Shown here: positions 35,038 to 44,566 of the stretch, piece by piece
How positions within the stretch are numbered: the first letter of the stretch is position 1
Layout of the letters: every line of letters starts with the position of its first letter
Virus record (IMG/VR): IMGVR_UViG_3300035670_000030
Span: 1 to 64,000 of that record
Reading direction: 5' to 3' (one strand)
Origin: a virus
DNA: 64,000 nucleotides
Program-made: the position numbers and the translations under genes
The notes under the pieces: generated by a model
Database searches by the model: none
The model's input: only the letters and a program-made list of their open reading frames with translations
What the model was told of the DNA's origin: nothing

Positions 35038-35322
35038 TTAATTAGCTCCATTATTTTTATGATTTGAAGGGTCTTTAATTTCTAGTACTTCTTCCCTATC
35101 ATTTTCAAGATCATTTTCTACAAAATCTAAATGTGCATTTTCTGGCAAAACAAAACCAATACTTTGAAGAAAACGCTCAAAAGCATAAAGATGTTCTTCT
35201 ATGGTTGCGTCTTCTCCTATTTCCATAGTTACTACGGGAAAATTGCTATTAGAAAAATCATTCATATTCTGAACGACTTTATAGCTATGAAACCAGTATA
35301 AATCTTTATTTTTCTTTATCAT
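35038..35322 (-). CDS. hypothetical protein
   Basis: FERFLQSIGF motif. Confidence 0.7.
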   Translation of the reverse strand: MIKKNKDLYWFHSYKVVQNMNDFSNSNFPVVTMEIGEDATIEEHLYAFERFLQSIGFVLPENAHLDFVENDLENDREEVLEIKDPSNHKNNGAN

Positions 35323-35599
35323 TGTTATCAATAAAATTTAAAAGTGTTTCGTTAATTATTTCATTTACTGAAATATCTCTATCGCAAGACTCTCCAACAA
35401 GAAATTCAAGAATTTCACGTGGCCACTCACTAATTTCAATTTCCATTTTTACATATGGCTGAAGAGTAATACTTTTCGTTTCTTCATCAAATTTGAAAGA
35501 AAGTTTTTGGCCTTCTTTCCACCCAAGCTCCTGCATTTCTTCTTCAGAAAATTGTATATAGAGTTCTTTTTTTTCTTGGATTTTTTTATATTTTTCCAT
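35306..35599 (-). CDS. AbrB/MazE-like DNA-binding protein
   Basis: LYIQF...MQELGWKEGQKL; TTGACA(35633)-17-GATAAT-5-ATG. Confidence 0.6.
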   Translation of the reverse strand: MEKYKKIQEKKELYIQFSEEEMQELGWKEGQKLSFKFDEETKSITLQPYVKMEIEISEWPREILEFLVGESCDRDISVNEIINETLLNFIDNNDKEK

Positions 35600-35612
35600 A
35601 CTTTATTATCTA

Positions 35613-35972
35613 TTAATTTTGTTTATCTGTCAATAAATTTTTATCACTAATTTGAATTTTATAATACTTATAAAAATATAGAGTTTCTTTTATATCTAAT
35701 TGATTATGAATGTCTTGCCAAATTAAATCAATTAAAAGAGCCGCGACATCTTCATAAAGAAAATACCTATCTGATAAAAGAACGGGCTCAAGTCCCATGT
35801 TTTGATTGGCAATTCGTTGTAAATATTTTTCGATATTTTGCCTCGCCGTTTTCCACTTCGGGTCAAGTGATTCAATTTTTGTTTCTTTTTGGAGTTGGTT
35901 TTTAAAATTTTGGTCGATTGCATTTTTTAAATTATTTAGTATTTGTTGATACAGATTTATTGTTTGTTCCAT
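35613..35972 (-). CDS. hypothetical protein
   Basis: ORF in operon. Confidence 0.65.
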   Translation of the reverse strand: MEQTINLYQQILNNLKNAIDQNFKNQLQKETKIESLDPKWKTARQNIEKYLQRIANQNMGLEPVLLSDRYFLYEDVAALLIDLIWQDIHNQLDIKETLYFYKYYKIQISDKNLLTDKQN

Positions 35973-36132
35973 ATTTGAATTTTCCTATTTCAATAATAAA
36001 CCTCCCAATATATAAACTATATTTTTGATACATTCTATTATTTATTTTTATTAATTTAAATTCGGATTGTATATTCCACCATACTAGAATATGATAGTTA
36101 AAAATATCTATATGTTTAAGATTAACTATCAT
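35932..36132 (-). CDS. hypothetical protein
   Basis: ATG 36132 overlapping upstream gene end; fills gap. Confidence 0.45.
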   Translation of the reverse strand: MIVNLKHIDIFNYHILVWWNIQSEFKLIKINNRMYQKYSLYIGRFIIEIGKFKYGTNNKSVSTNTK

Positions 36133-36481
36133 AATCAGAAGGTAAAAGATATCTATAAAGTTCAATACAGTTATAAAAATGGTCGCATGATTCCCAATCA
36201 CGCACATTCATATTTTCTTGATAATATTCTTCATGCTGTTCTAGCTTATTCTTTAGTTCATTGATCTTACCTTCTGATAAATTCATTCTAATAAAATCTA
36301 AGACATGCTCAGCTTCTTGATCTGTTAGATGAAATTCAACTCTTCCACCATCAAACTTTGAACCATAATTAAATTCAAATTTAATTTCTACATCTGGATC
36401 GAATGACCCAAAAGACTTATCACTAAAATCAGAAAAATATTCTGCTTTTTCTTCTCGTTTGGGTTCTGTTATTTTTTTCAT
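36122..36481 (-). CDS. hypothetical protein
   Basis: FNYGSKFDG; ATGA coupling. Confidence 0.7.
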   Translation of the reverse strand: MKKITEPKREEKAEYFSDFSDKSFGSFDPDVEIKFEFNYGSKFDGGRVEFHLTDQEAEHVLDFIRMNLSEGKINELKNKLEQHEEYYQENMNVRDWESCDHFYNCIELYRYLLPSDYDS

Positions 36482-37062
36482 AGAAAGTATTGAAAGTCTT
36501 TACTATTTATATCAAAATATTCATTAACCGTCAAGAACTTTATAGGCATATGGTTATAAATTTTTGGATTTTCGTATGGTTTGGGGTACCAAGCTTTATT
36601 AAGAAAGGCGTATGTATAAGAAAAAAGATATGAATTAGCTTTCTGTATATATTGTTTTTTATTAAAACGAATACCATATTTTTGCATTTTGGCTACTGTT
36701 CTTTTTTCACAGTCAAGTTCAAGAGCGATTGTATTTTTAAAACCACTCTCTAGTTTTTTCTTTGGAATATTTTTTCCATGAATCCATCCTTCGACTATGA
36801 ATAAAGTATTTTCATCGGACATCCAAACTTTAGGGCCAGCTAAAAATTGATCTAAATGACAAGATTCATGAACAAGAATATCTAACCAGTCTTGCATTTT
36901 TTCTTTTTTAGTTGCTACGGCGAGCGTTTGTTCGTCAAAATATCCACTACATGGAATATTCTCTTGATCAACTTGATCGGTATATTCTAAACGAAAATTA
37001 ATTCCGTTTTTAATACATTTTGTCATTATATCAGATATTAATTTTTGTATATTTTTATTCAT
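36478..37062 (-). CDS. zincin-like metallopeptidase
   Basis: CSGYFD, LVHESCHLDQ, LELDCE. Confidence 0.65.
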   Translation of the reverse strand: MNKNIQKLISDIMTKCIKNGINFRLEYTDQVDQENIPCSGYFDEQTLAVATKKEKMQDWLDILVHESCHLDQFLAGPKVWMSDENTLFIVEGWIHGKNIPKKKLESGFKNTIALELDCEKRTVAKMQKYGIRFNKKQYIQKANSYLFSYTYAFLNKAWYPKPYENPKIYNHMPIKFLTVNEYFDINSKDFQYFL

Positions 37063-37847
37063 CGAATTTTATATGTTGTTAAACGGCCATTACGAATAAT
37101 TGCGTAATCTTTAAGATTAGTATCAAGATTCCAACTTTCATATTCAGTATTTAATGCGGTAGCAGTTGGTTCTGGAACATAACTATGCCCGAAAACTTGC
37201 TTACCAATATCTGGAGAAGCATGAAATTCGTTATAATAATCAAGCCAAAGAAGGCTACCTGTATTATCTTGACCTCCGCGAGCAACACCAACTGCTGAAA
37301 TTAATGCATTTTGACGGTAAGCTATATTTCTAAAATTAAGCCAAACATCCGGCAAAATTTCATCAATTACTTGATCGACAGTCATACCATATGGTATTTG
37401 ACGATTTACCATACCAGCATGAGAAAAAATCCATCCTTGGGAACGATGGGCAATTTTAAAATTTTTAATAAACCAGTCATCTTTCAAACCTTTATCATAA
37501 AATACTTGACGAAAAGTTGAAATTTTACTTTTAGTTACTCCAGAACACCAATATGTAATACTTGGATGAACAGTTCTATATCCACCAGACTTATTATTAT
37601 AGATATAAGCAAGATCATGGTTTCCAACAAGAAAAACTATTTTACCAGTTTTTTCGTTTTCCGAAACAAGGTCACGCAAAAACAGGCAAGTGTCTTTAAA
37701 GCTTGCAACTCTTGGGAATTCATGAAAAGAATCAAACCAATCACCAAGAAAAATTATTTCATCAAAGGATTCTAATTTCTCAACTTCAAAAATCTTTTTA
37801 ATACCAGCTATATCTTGATGTACATCTGGTATAACAAGAGTTTTCAT
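37059..37847 (-). CDS. calcineurin-like metallophosphoesterase
   Basis: PDVH, LGDWFD, GNHD, SHAG, FGHS, DT; TTGACA(37882)-17-TATAAT-6-ATG. Confidence 0.88.
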   Translation of the reverse strand: MKTLVIPDVHQDIAGIKKIFEVEKLESFDEIIFLGDWFDSFHEFPRVASFKDTCLFLRDLVSENEKTGKIVFLVGNHDLAYIYNNKSGGYRTVHPSITYWCSGVTKSKISTFRQVFYDKGLKDDWFIKNFKIAHRSQGWIFSHAGMVNRQIPYGMTVDQVIDEILPDVWLNFRNIAYRQNALISAVGVARGGQDNTGSLLWLDYYNEFHASPDIGKQVFGHSYVPEPTATALNTEYESWNLDTNLKDYAIIRNGRLTTYKIR

Positions 37848-37871
37848 TGTTATATTATATAAAAGAATTAT

Positions 37872-38276
37872 CTACTTGTCAATTTCTTTATCCCAAAGAA
37901 AAACAACATTATCATAATGTGAAAAATGTTTTTCTAATCCAGGTTTGAGAACTTTTTCCCATATTTTATATCTATTTGCTAGGCCACCACCTAGTTGAGA
38001 AATATAAAAAGTTTTATCCATATTTTTTTCAATAAAAAGTTGTAATTCCACCGCATACGCTAAAAAATCTACATTATAACTTTCTGGACGATAAAAAGAT
38101 TCATCCATATTATCGGGATTTTTTTTGGTTATAAATCCATAAGTTTGAGGATGGTCTCTTAAAGCTGCTGCGCCACCATAGCCCACACGACGAAGATTAT
38201 CACCAAAGATAAATATAGCATTTGGATTTTCATCTAAAAACTTTTTCGTAACAATAAAATTTTCGTATTTAGCCAT
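37872..38276 (-). CDS. phage protein with FIFGDN motif (macro/SLOG-like)
   Basis: NP..IFIFGDN..R.G.GGAA.LR...GFITKK; LGGGLA. Confidence 0.55.
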   Translation of the reverse strand: MAKYENFIVTKKFLDENPNAIFIFGDNLRRVGYGGAAALRDHPQTYGFITKKNPDNMDESFYRPESYNVDFLAYAVELQLFIEKNMDKTFYISQLGGGLANRYKIWEKVLKPGLEKHFSHYDNVVFLWDKEIDK

Positions 38277-38277
38277 A

Positions 38278-38655
38278 TTATCCAATACCAAAGTTAATTA
38301 CACCTTTAAAATTTTTTGGCTTTTTAATTTCTTTCCATTTCATTGTTTCGAAATCTGCTTCAAACCATGATTCTTCAAATTCGTCTGACATTCCATAAAT
38401 ACCTTCAGACACTTTTTCAATAACTAAATATTTAAATACCCCTCCTTCATCAAGACCATTGATACCAAACTTTTCTATAAAATGCAATGCGTCACTATAT
38501 CGAGTGTAAAAACCAACACAACGACAGCGCTCTCCAGATTTTTCTGGAACTACTGTAATTGTATAAATTGATTCAGATTTATTATCAAATTGACGAGTTT
38601 CTAAAAGAGTATTGTGATTGTAAAGAACTTCGTATTTAGGAGAATCTTCGATCAT
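38278..38655 (-). CDS. hypothetical protein
   Basis: RCVGFY...YLVIEK..EG. Confidence 0.7.
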   Translation of the reverse strand: MIEDSPKYEVLYNHNTLLETRQFDNKSESIYTITVVPEKSGERCRCVGFYTRYSDALHFIEKFGINGLDEGGVFKYLVIEKVSEGIYGMSDEFEESWFEADFETMKWKEIKKPKNFKGVINFGIG

Positions 38656-39308
38656 GTCCAGAAATATTGTCTATATTTTACGACTTCTGTCAAGATTTTA
38701 GTATCAGTTTTGTTGATCAAAGTCTCAATACGATGAACTTCCGCATAATCCTGTTCATATGTATTCCGATTGATCTCTGTAAGACGTTTAGAAGTCAAAG
38801 GTGGATAAGCCGCATCTAAATCTTTTTGAAGTTGTGGTCTTTCGACAGTTACATAATGATAGGCTTTTTCTAACCATTTTGCAAATTTTGAACATTCTTT
38901 ACCACTAGCTTCCCAATCTACGATACCACTTTTATATTCATCTTCATAAAACCCTTTAATGAAAGCGAAATTTACATCTTCAATAAGAACGCAAACATCA
39001 ACCCATGTATTAGGGATTGCAGCACGATATTTTTTGCCATAAGGTTTAAAAAAGCATTTAAATTCGTACCAAGCATCACGAATTTGATATGGAATATAAA
39101 GCTCCATATCTTTTTTGAACATATACCATTTAAGCCAAATATTAATATTAAACCAAGTTTTCCAAGTAGATTTATAGTCAACAGGGTTAACAATATTAAT
39201 TTTTTTCGTACTTGCAGTAAAATCTTTTACATCTGTTTTCATCTTCTCAATTTTACGAGAAGATTTAACTTTTTTATTTGGTTTAATTTTTACTTGCTTA
39301 TTTTTCAT
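38652..39308 (-). CDS. hypothetical protein
   Basis: ORF ending QYFWT; ATGA coupling. Confidence 0.7.
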   Translation of the reverse strand: MKNKQVKIKPNKKVKSSRKIEKMKTDVKDFTASTKKINIVNPVDYKSTWKTWFNINIWLKWYMFKKDMELYIPYQIRDAWYEFKCFFKPYGKKYRAAIPNTWVDVCVLIEDVNFAFIKGFYEDEYKSGIVDWEASGKECSKFAKWLEKAYHYVTVERPQLQKDLDAAYPPLTSKRLTEINRNTYEQDYAEVHRIETLINKTDTKILTEVVKYRQYFWT

Positions 39309-40456
39309 GGCCTAAATCCTATTTTTGGTTTTTCAAGAGTTTTGATATTTCCAATAAGTTCTTCATCACTTTTTGCATAATAAATATCAGCTAGAGTCAT
39401 ATTATCTTCCGGTTTGATATCAATGTCAAGTTTTTTAATAAGTTTTGCCGCCTGTTCTTTCGGAAGCCCTTGGAATGAATATTCGGCTTTTAAACGACCT
39501 TTTCTTAGAAGAGCTTCATCAATATCTTGACGATCACAATTGTAAGTAACAATGACATTTAATTTAAGAACATCTCCAAGAATACCATCTGTCATATTAA
39601 GAAGCGTTGAGACTAGAGAGGGTTGATCAGAAAGACTACGCTTGGTTAGAGCTTTTTCAGCGTCTTCAAGGATCATAACACAATCAGTTTTCTTTTTCAA
39701 TAAACTTAAAATTGATGGATTAGTAATCTCGTCAACAAAAGAAGTTGGAAAGAAAATAACATCTTTTTTAAGAACTGATGCTAGATACCTAATATAAGTT
39801 GTTTTGCCAGTTCCAGGAACCCCGTGAAGCATGTAAAGCCCCGAAGAGTTTTCGTGAAGAGATTTAATCATCTTATCACTAACTTTTTTAAATTCTTCTC
39901 CATAGTTTAATTCAAGATCAAAAGTCTCTGGCAAATTAATATTAAATTTAGAAAAATTAAAATTACCATAGTCTTGATTAACCATAAAAATATTTGGACG
40001 TTTATCAATATCCATGAATTCTAAAAATTCACTATCAACACAATTTCTACTAGTTGGATAATAAAATGTTAATCTACATTTATCTTTTTCTTTACTATTT
40101 TCGGAACTTATATGAATAAAATTATCTTTATAAAAAAAGATACTACCTTCTTCATAATCTAGGTTGGGTAAAATAATTTCACCACCAATAATAAATGGTT
40201 CTTCTTCATCTTCCAAATCTTCAAGGGATTTAGAAATTAAAACCTCTTCCCCAGTTTGTACTAACTGTGCATTATTTTTATTTAAATATTCAATGATCTT
40301 ATCTTTAAAAAAGTTTTCACGATATCTTTTATATGATGGAATTTCGCCATCTGATAATGACATTATCAATGACATTGGATTAATAAACTCAGAATGAAAA
40401 AGTCCTACAAGAGTAAGATCGGGCAGTTTAGATTTTGGAATTTTATAAGAGTTCAT
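39305..40456 (-). CDS. AAA+ ATPase
   Basis: Walker A GVPGTGKT, Walker B ILEDAE, LLNMTDG, ALLRKGR. Confidence 0.9.
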   Translation of the reverse strand: MNSYKIPKSKLPDLTLVGLFHSEFINPMSLIMSLSDGEIPSYKRYRENFFKDKIIEYLNKNNAQLVQTGEEVLISKSLEDLEDEEEPFIIGGEIILPNLDYEEGSIFFYKDNFIHISSENSKEKDKCRLTFYYPTSRNCVDSEFLEFMDIDKRPNIFMVNQDYGNFNFSKFNINLPETFDLELNYGEEFKKVSDKMIKSLHENSSGLYMLHGVPGTGKTTYIRYLASVLKKDVIFFPTSFVDEITNPSILSLLKKKTDCVMILEDAEKALTKRSLSDQPSLVSTLLNMTDGILGDVLKLNVIVTYNCDRQDIDEALLRKGRLKAEYSFQGLPKEQAAKLIKKLDIDIKPEDNMTLADIYYAKSDEELIGNIKTLEKPKIGFRP

Positions 40457-40457
40457 A

Positions 40458-40646
40458 TTAAAAAGGATCTAAATCAAAAATTTCAGATAAAACTACTTCT
40501 ACGCATGCTTGTTTATGTAAACGAGAATTTAGTGCGATATACAATCGATTATGATATTCATAGTTTTTATCTTTTTTATAAAACTTAACTAAAAGTTCTG
40601 CCATTCGTTTAATTTCTTTTTTGGTTGGTTTTTTGAATTTGCTCAT
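40458..40646 (-). CDS. hypothetical protein
   Basis: ATG 40646 downstream of TATAAT. Confidence 0.55.
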   Translation of the reverse strand: MSKFKKPTKKEIKRMAELLVKFYKKDKNYEYHNRLYIALNSRLHKQACVEVVLSEIFDLDPF

Positions 40647-40710
40647 AAGAGAACTTGCTTCACACGCTTTATTTATTATACCCAAATTTATTAATTAATC
40701 AAGAAGAAAG

Positions 40711-40792
40711 TGCTGATGATAGGAGTCGAACCTACACTTCCGAAGAAAACAGATCCTAAGTCTGTCGCGGCTGCCAATTACGCCACATCAGC
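40711..40792 (-). tRNA. tRNA-Leu(TAG)
   Basis: GCTGATG/CATCAGC, ACAGA-CTTAGGA-TCTGT. Confidence 0.93.
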
Positions 40793-40795
40793 ATT

Positions 40796-40868
40796 TGGAG
40801 GTGACAGGGCTCGAACCTGCTACCTTGACCTTGCAAAGGTCCTGCTCTACCAGATGAGCTACACCCCC
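40796..40868 (-). tRNA. tRNA-Ala(TGC)
   Basis: GGGGGTG/CACCTCC with G3.U70; TTTGCAA loop. Confidence 0.95.
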
Positions 40869-40874
40869 GTAAAA

Positions 40875-40946
40875 TGCGCGATGAGAGGATTGAACTCCCG
40901 ACCTTGTCCGTGTAAAGGACCTGCTCTACCGCTAAGCTAATCGCGC
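40875..40946 (-). tRNA. tRNA-Val(TAC)
   Basis: GCGCGAT/ATCGCGC; TTTACAC loop. Confidence 0.93.
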
Positions 40947-40962
40947 TATAATTTTCAAAAAA

Positions 40963-41232
40963 CTATTTATGATTAAATTTAAACCATGCATAAACAAGTA
41001 TTATACACATTATAAACCCAACTGAATAATTGGCAAACCACCAAATTCCAAACTGAGTTAAAAACATATAAACCATTCCTGATATGTAACCACAAATTGA
41101 CATCAGTATCAAGCCTAAAGATACATCTTTAGATGAACGATTTTTAAAAATTTTTAAAATTTGAGGTATATAACAAAACATAAAACTAATTGTCATTATG
41201 ATACCGAATATTTGTGCCAAATTTTCTTTCAT
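40963..41232 (-). CDS. PQ-loop / SemiSWEET-like transporter
   Basis: 3 TM helices, YIPQILKIFKNRSSKDVS, AN motif. Confidence 0.85.
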   Translation of the reverse strand: MKENLAQIFGIIMTISFMFCYIPQILKIFKNRSSKDVSLGLILMSICGYISGMVYMFLTQFGIWWFANYSVGFIMCIILVYAWFKFNHK

Positions 41233-41651
41233 TTGTATATTCTGGGTAATTTGAATTTCTTTTCAAACCATTTTATTAATTTTTTTCTCTCGCTTTTTAA
41301 ATAGGCGAAACGATATTGACCAAAAAATTTTCTCATCCCCCATGCGTCCCATTCTCGTTTTGCCCAATGCTCGACCCAATTTTCGGCTTTAAAAGATTTA
41401 ATAGCAGAATAATCATGCTCCTTATGGAATTTTTTCCATATCCCTTTTCTAGCACAATAAATATGCCCTAATTCATGAAATACAGCTTCTGCCATAGCTT
41501 TTCTTGGTAATTTTTTATCTATATAAATTATTTCATTTTCAGTATCCGCTTCTCCATCTAATTCTTTATTAAAACGAGTACGAAATACAACTTTGACTTC
41601 ATATTGAAGACAAATTTGCCTTAAAAATCGTATAGTTTTTTCTCTGTTCAT
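41229..41651 (-). CDS. HExxH metallopeptidase-like protein
   Basis: VFHELGH...AENWVE. Confidence 0.6.
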   Translation of the reverse strand: MNREKTIRFLRQICLQYEVKVVFRTRFNKELDGEADTENEIIYIDKKLPRKAMAEAVFHELGHIYCARKGIWKKFHKEHDYSAIKSFKAENWVEHWAKREWDAWGMRKFFGQYRFAYLKSERKKLIKWFEKKFKLPRIYK

Positions 41652-41707
41652 TTTATTATTTTAATTTTTAAAATTAAAACTATCCATTTTATGTGTAAAT
41701 AAAATAA

Positions 41708-42046
41708 ATGAATCCGTCTTTAATTAAAACAGAATATTTGGCTACTGGACAATCCGCACCTTTTACTGGTGAATGGACAAATACAGCTCTTTGTAAAAAT
41801 GGTTTTATTGTGGTTTATGCAAGTGGTTCGAGTGTCGATATTAATCTACAAGCTAAAACACAATTAAATCAAAACCCAATGTTTTTGGAAGGCGGCTCCG
41901 CAGAGGCTGTTACTTTTTATACAGCAACAGGAGTTGGGGCTGGATATGGAGATCCTATTTTCTTTGATTCTCCTATTGCTAATATAAGATTAACCGCAAG
42001 TAATGGTAGCGCCCCAGTATTTGCTTATATAACTTATCAAAATTAA
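41708..42046 (+). CDS. hypothetical beta-rich (virion-like) protein
   Basis: ATG 9 nt after GTGTAA(41693). Confidence 0.7.
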   Translation: MNPSLIKTEYLATGQSAPFTGEWTNTALCKNGFIVVYASGSSVDINLQAKTQLNQNPMFLEGGSAEAVTFYTATGVGAGYGDPIFFDSPIANIRLTASNGSAPVFAYITYQN

Positions 42047-42261
42047 TCTTCTGATTCATCCTCTCTAGGAGGTCGAGGTTTAAATCCAGTTTTTCTTTTA
42101 TTAATATAAGCCATATTCGGCTGAAGTTTATACTCCGGATGGTCTGAATGGACTTGTGAATCTTCTACTGTCCACATTCCCATAAATGTCCATTTCATTT
42201 TTTTATCAAGCTTTTTCCAAAGCTCACTACTTTTTAATACTTGCATAGATGGCCAATACAT
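42043..42261 (-). CDS. hypothetical protein
   Basis: ORF. Confidence 0.65.
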   Translation of the reverse strand: MYWPSMQVLKSSELWKKLDKKMKWTFMGMWTVEDSQVHSDHPEYKLQPNMAYINKRKTGFKPRPPREDESED

Positions 42262-42269
42262 AATGTTTA

Positions 42270-42755
42270 TTATCCTAAAAATTTTTTAAAAAGTCCAGTT
42301 TTTTTATTCTGACTTTCAATAAATAAATTAAAGTAATCAAAAATTCCTTTATTCCAAACTAGTAAATAATCAAAAGCTTCGATAGCTGGCATCATTCCCA
42401 TGCTCATTATTTCTTCATTAATAATTCTTTCATGGTCTTCAAAGTTATCCATAAAATCATATAAATAATTTAGGACTTCTTGTTTTTCTTCAAAAACTGC
42501 TGAATCTACCATTACTTCAGAAAACCATTGTCCATCAATTTTCTTCTTTGAAGATTTGAAAACACTTGTAAAAACAATATATTGATTTGATTCTTTCAAA
42601 TAAACTCCAAATATTATGTAAAATAAATTTTTATTTTTACGTTTATTAAATTTTTTTGAAATATCTGATATTAGACGTTTCGGTACGGCCCCAAACATTA
42701 CATCAAGATGTAAACCTTTTAATTGTTGAGCATTTAAAATTTGTTCTAAATCCAT
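42270..42755 (-). CDS. hypothetical protein
   Basis: ORF. Confidence 0.7.
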   Translation of the reverse strand: MDLEQILNAQQLKGLHLDVMFGAVPKRLISDISKKFNKRKNKNLFYIIFGVYLKESNQYIVFTSVFKSSKKKIDGQWFSEVMVDSAVFEEKQEVLNYLYDFMDNFEDHERIINEEIMSMGMMPAIEAFDYLLVWNKGIFDYFNLFIESQNKKTGLFKKFLG

Positions 42756-42835
42756 TATTATAAGCTATTATAATAATGTAAGTATTAAATATATAAAAAA
42801 GTAGATAATTTATTTTTTTAGTGTAATATTAATAT

Positions 42836-43417
42836 ATGCCAAACTTACTTCCATTTAGGGATTACAGCGAACATGAAGTTCTCAACTTTTTTGCTTGTAC
42901 AGCTATCGTAAATAAAGGAACGCTTGTTAAACCAAAAAGAAGCTGGAAATCTGTTGGCGCAACAGATAAAATGACTGCTGGCCCATTAGATCTAGGCGCA
43001 TCTGCCCCTGGGGCTTTATATCCAAATACGGTTACAAATAATTTTGAATTAGTTGGCCAAGTTGAACCAATTGTTAATTATGACGACGTTCCTACGGCTA
43101 TTGGGGTTTTATTAAAAGATGTTGCTGAATTTAATGAATACGGAGAAAAATACGTATTTAATCCACGCGAAGCTGCTGAAATGGATGTTATTATTAAAGA
43201 TATCCAAGCGGTTCCAATTTTAACTAGAGGAGTTATTCTTGTAAATGAGATAGACACAACGAATCGTGGCGGTGGCGGTGGTAATCCAGATATTGGAGAT
43301 GCCGCTTATGTTGGTGGAAATGGTAGAATTGGTACAGATGGTATTGTTGTTATTGGTAAGTTCCTTAGTCGTTTAGATGAAAATGGTTATGCTTTAGTTA
43401 AGATAAGCATACCATAA
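42836..43417 (+). CDS. putative capsid decoration/cement-like protein
   Basis: LLPFRDYSEHEV N-terminus, G.LLKDV.E.NEYGE, AVPILTRG, GKFLS..DENG.ALVK; GTGTAA at 42821; family recall only. Confidence 0.45.
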   Translation: MPNLLPFRDYSEHEVLNFFACTAIVNKGTLVKPKRSWKSVGATDKMTAGPLDLGASAPGALYPNTVTNNFELVGQVEPIVNYDDVPTAIGVLLKDVAEFNEYGEKYVFNPREAAEMDVIIKDIQAVPILTRGVILVNEIDTTNRGGGGGNPDIGDAAYVGGNGRIGTDGIVVIGKFLSRLDENGYALVKISIP

Positions 43418-43430
43418 TAATCAATTATTA

Positions 43431-43706
43431 TTAGTAATTTATAGAATTTTCTAAATATAGTTTATCCCATAGAATTTGATATTTATTTATAAATACATAT
43501 GGATCTTCCATATTTTCAATGTTATCTATATATTCTAATTTAAAATCAATATTATAAATATCAAAATTATTCATTAAACGTAAGTATAATAATATTTTAA
43601 CTAGTTTTATATCATTTGTTTCAAATATAAAATATTTATATTGTGAGAAATAAAAATTATTATTAACAAATTTTGTATTAAATAAATGATTAGTTAATTT
43701 TATCAT
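43431..43706 (-). CDS. hypothetical protein (extremely AT-rich)
   Basis: ORF fills gap; low complexity. Confidence 0.45.
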   Translation of the reverse strand: MIKLTNHLFNTKFVNNNFYFSQYKYFIFETNDIKLVKILLYLRLMNNFDIYNIDFKLEYIDNIENMEDPYVFINKYQILWDKLYLENSINY

Positions 43707-43752
43707 ACTAAAGTTATTATAATTTATAATTCTAAATAACTATAATATAAAT

Positions 43753-44553
43753 ATGAAAATCATATTTAGTAATTTGTGCATGTCAAGATTCAAAAGTAAT
43801 ATTACCGAAAGAAGACTAAAAAACAATATTGAAATGGCAAAACTTTCGAATTTTTTAATTCAAAATCACGGATTTGAAACTTATTTTTATGGTGATCAAG
43901 ATTCTTTAAATTATTTTAAAGATGTAAATTATAATAAATTTTATGAACTCGAAGATCCTAGAATAGGAGAGATACCAGAACAAATATGGAGTATTGGTAA
44001 ATTATTTGCTATGCTCCAAATTAACGAACCATTTATTCATATTGATTCAGATATTTTTTTATTTAAAAAATTTAATGAAGATTTTTTGAAAAAAAATATT
44101 ATATTCTACCATAACGAATTTCATATGGATAAAGAGACAAAAAAATATCAAGATTTTTTTGAAATACGTCCTCAGAATACTAAATCTTTCAGATGTCGTT
44201 CTTATAATTGTGCTTTATTTGGTGGTCAAAATTTTAAGTTAATACATAATATTTGTAATGAAATTATTGATTTTATTATCGATAATAAACAAAAAATAGA
44301 ACAAAATTTAAATAAAAAAGAAAGTTTAAATTTCGAATCTTTTTGGCCAGCAGTCTTAATAGAACAAGTTTGGATATTTCAATTATTAAAATATTATAAA
44401 GAAGAATTTACTCCATATTTACATCGTACTGAAAATTTATATATTATTGGTAAAGAAGCATACGTTAAAAATATATGCCATTTACAAGGAGCTAAGTACA
44501 ATCCAATAGTGTATAAAAATATTTTATCTATGAATAAATTTTTTGGTATTTAG
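43753..44553 (+). CDS. DUF6734-like putative glycosyltransferase
   Basis: WSIGKL..EPFIHIDSDIFL, NCALFGG, LIEQ, HLQG. Confidence 0.7.
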   Translation: MKIIFSNLCMSRFKSNITERRLKNNIEMAKLSNFLIQNHGFETYFYGDQDSLNYFKDVNYNKFYELEDPRIGEIPEQIWSIGKLFAMLQINEPFIHIDSDIFLFKKFNEDFLKKNIIFYHNEFHMDKETKKYQDFFEIRPQNTKSFRCRSYNCALFGGQNFKLIHNICNEIIDFIIDNKQKIEQNLNKKESLNFESFWPAVLIEQVWIFQLLKYYKEEFTPYLHRTENLYIIGKEAYVKNICHLQGAKYNPIVYKNILSMNKFFGI

Positions 44554-44566
44554 TGTAATAATATGT

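Noticed and set aside
40710-40940. 76-aa plus-strand ORF
   Set aside because: Antisense of three tRNA genes
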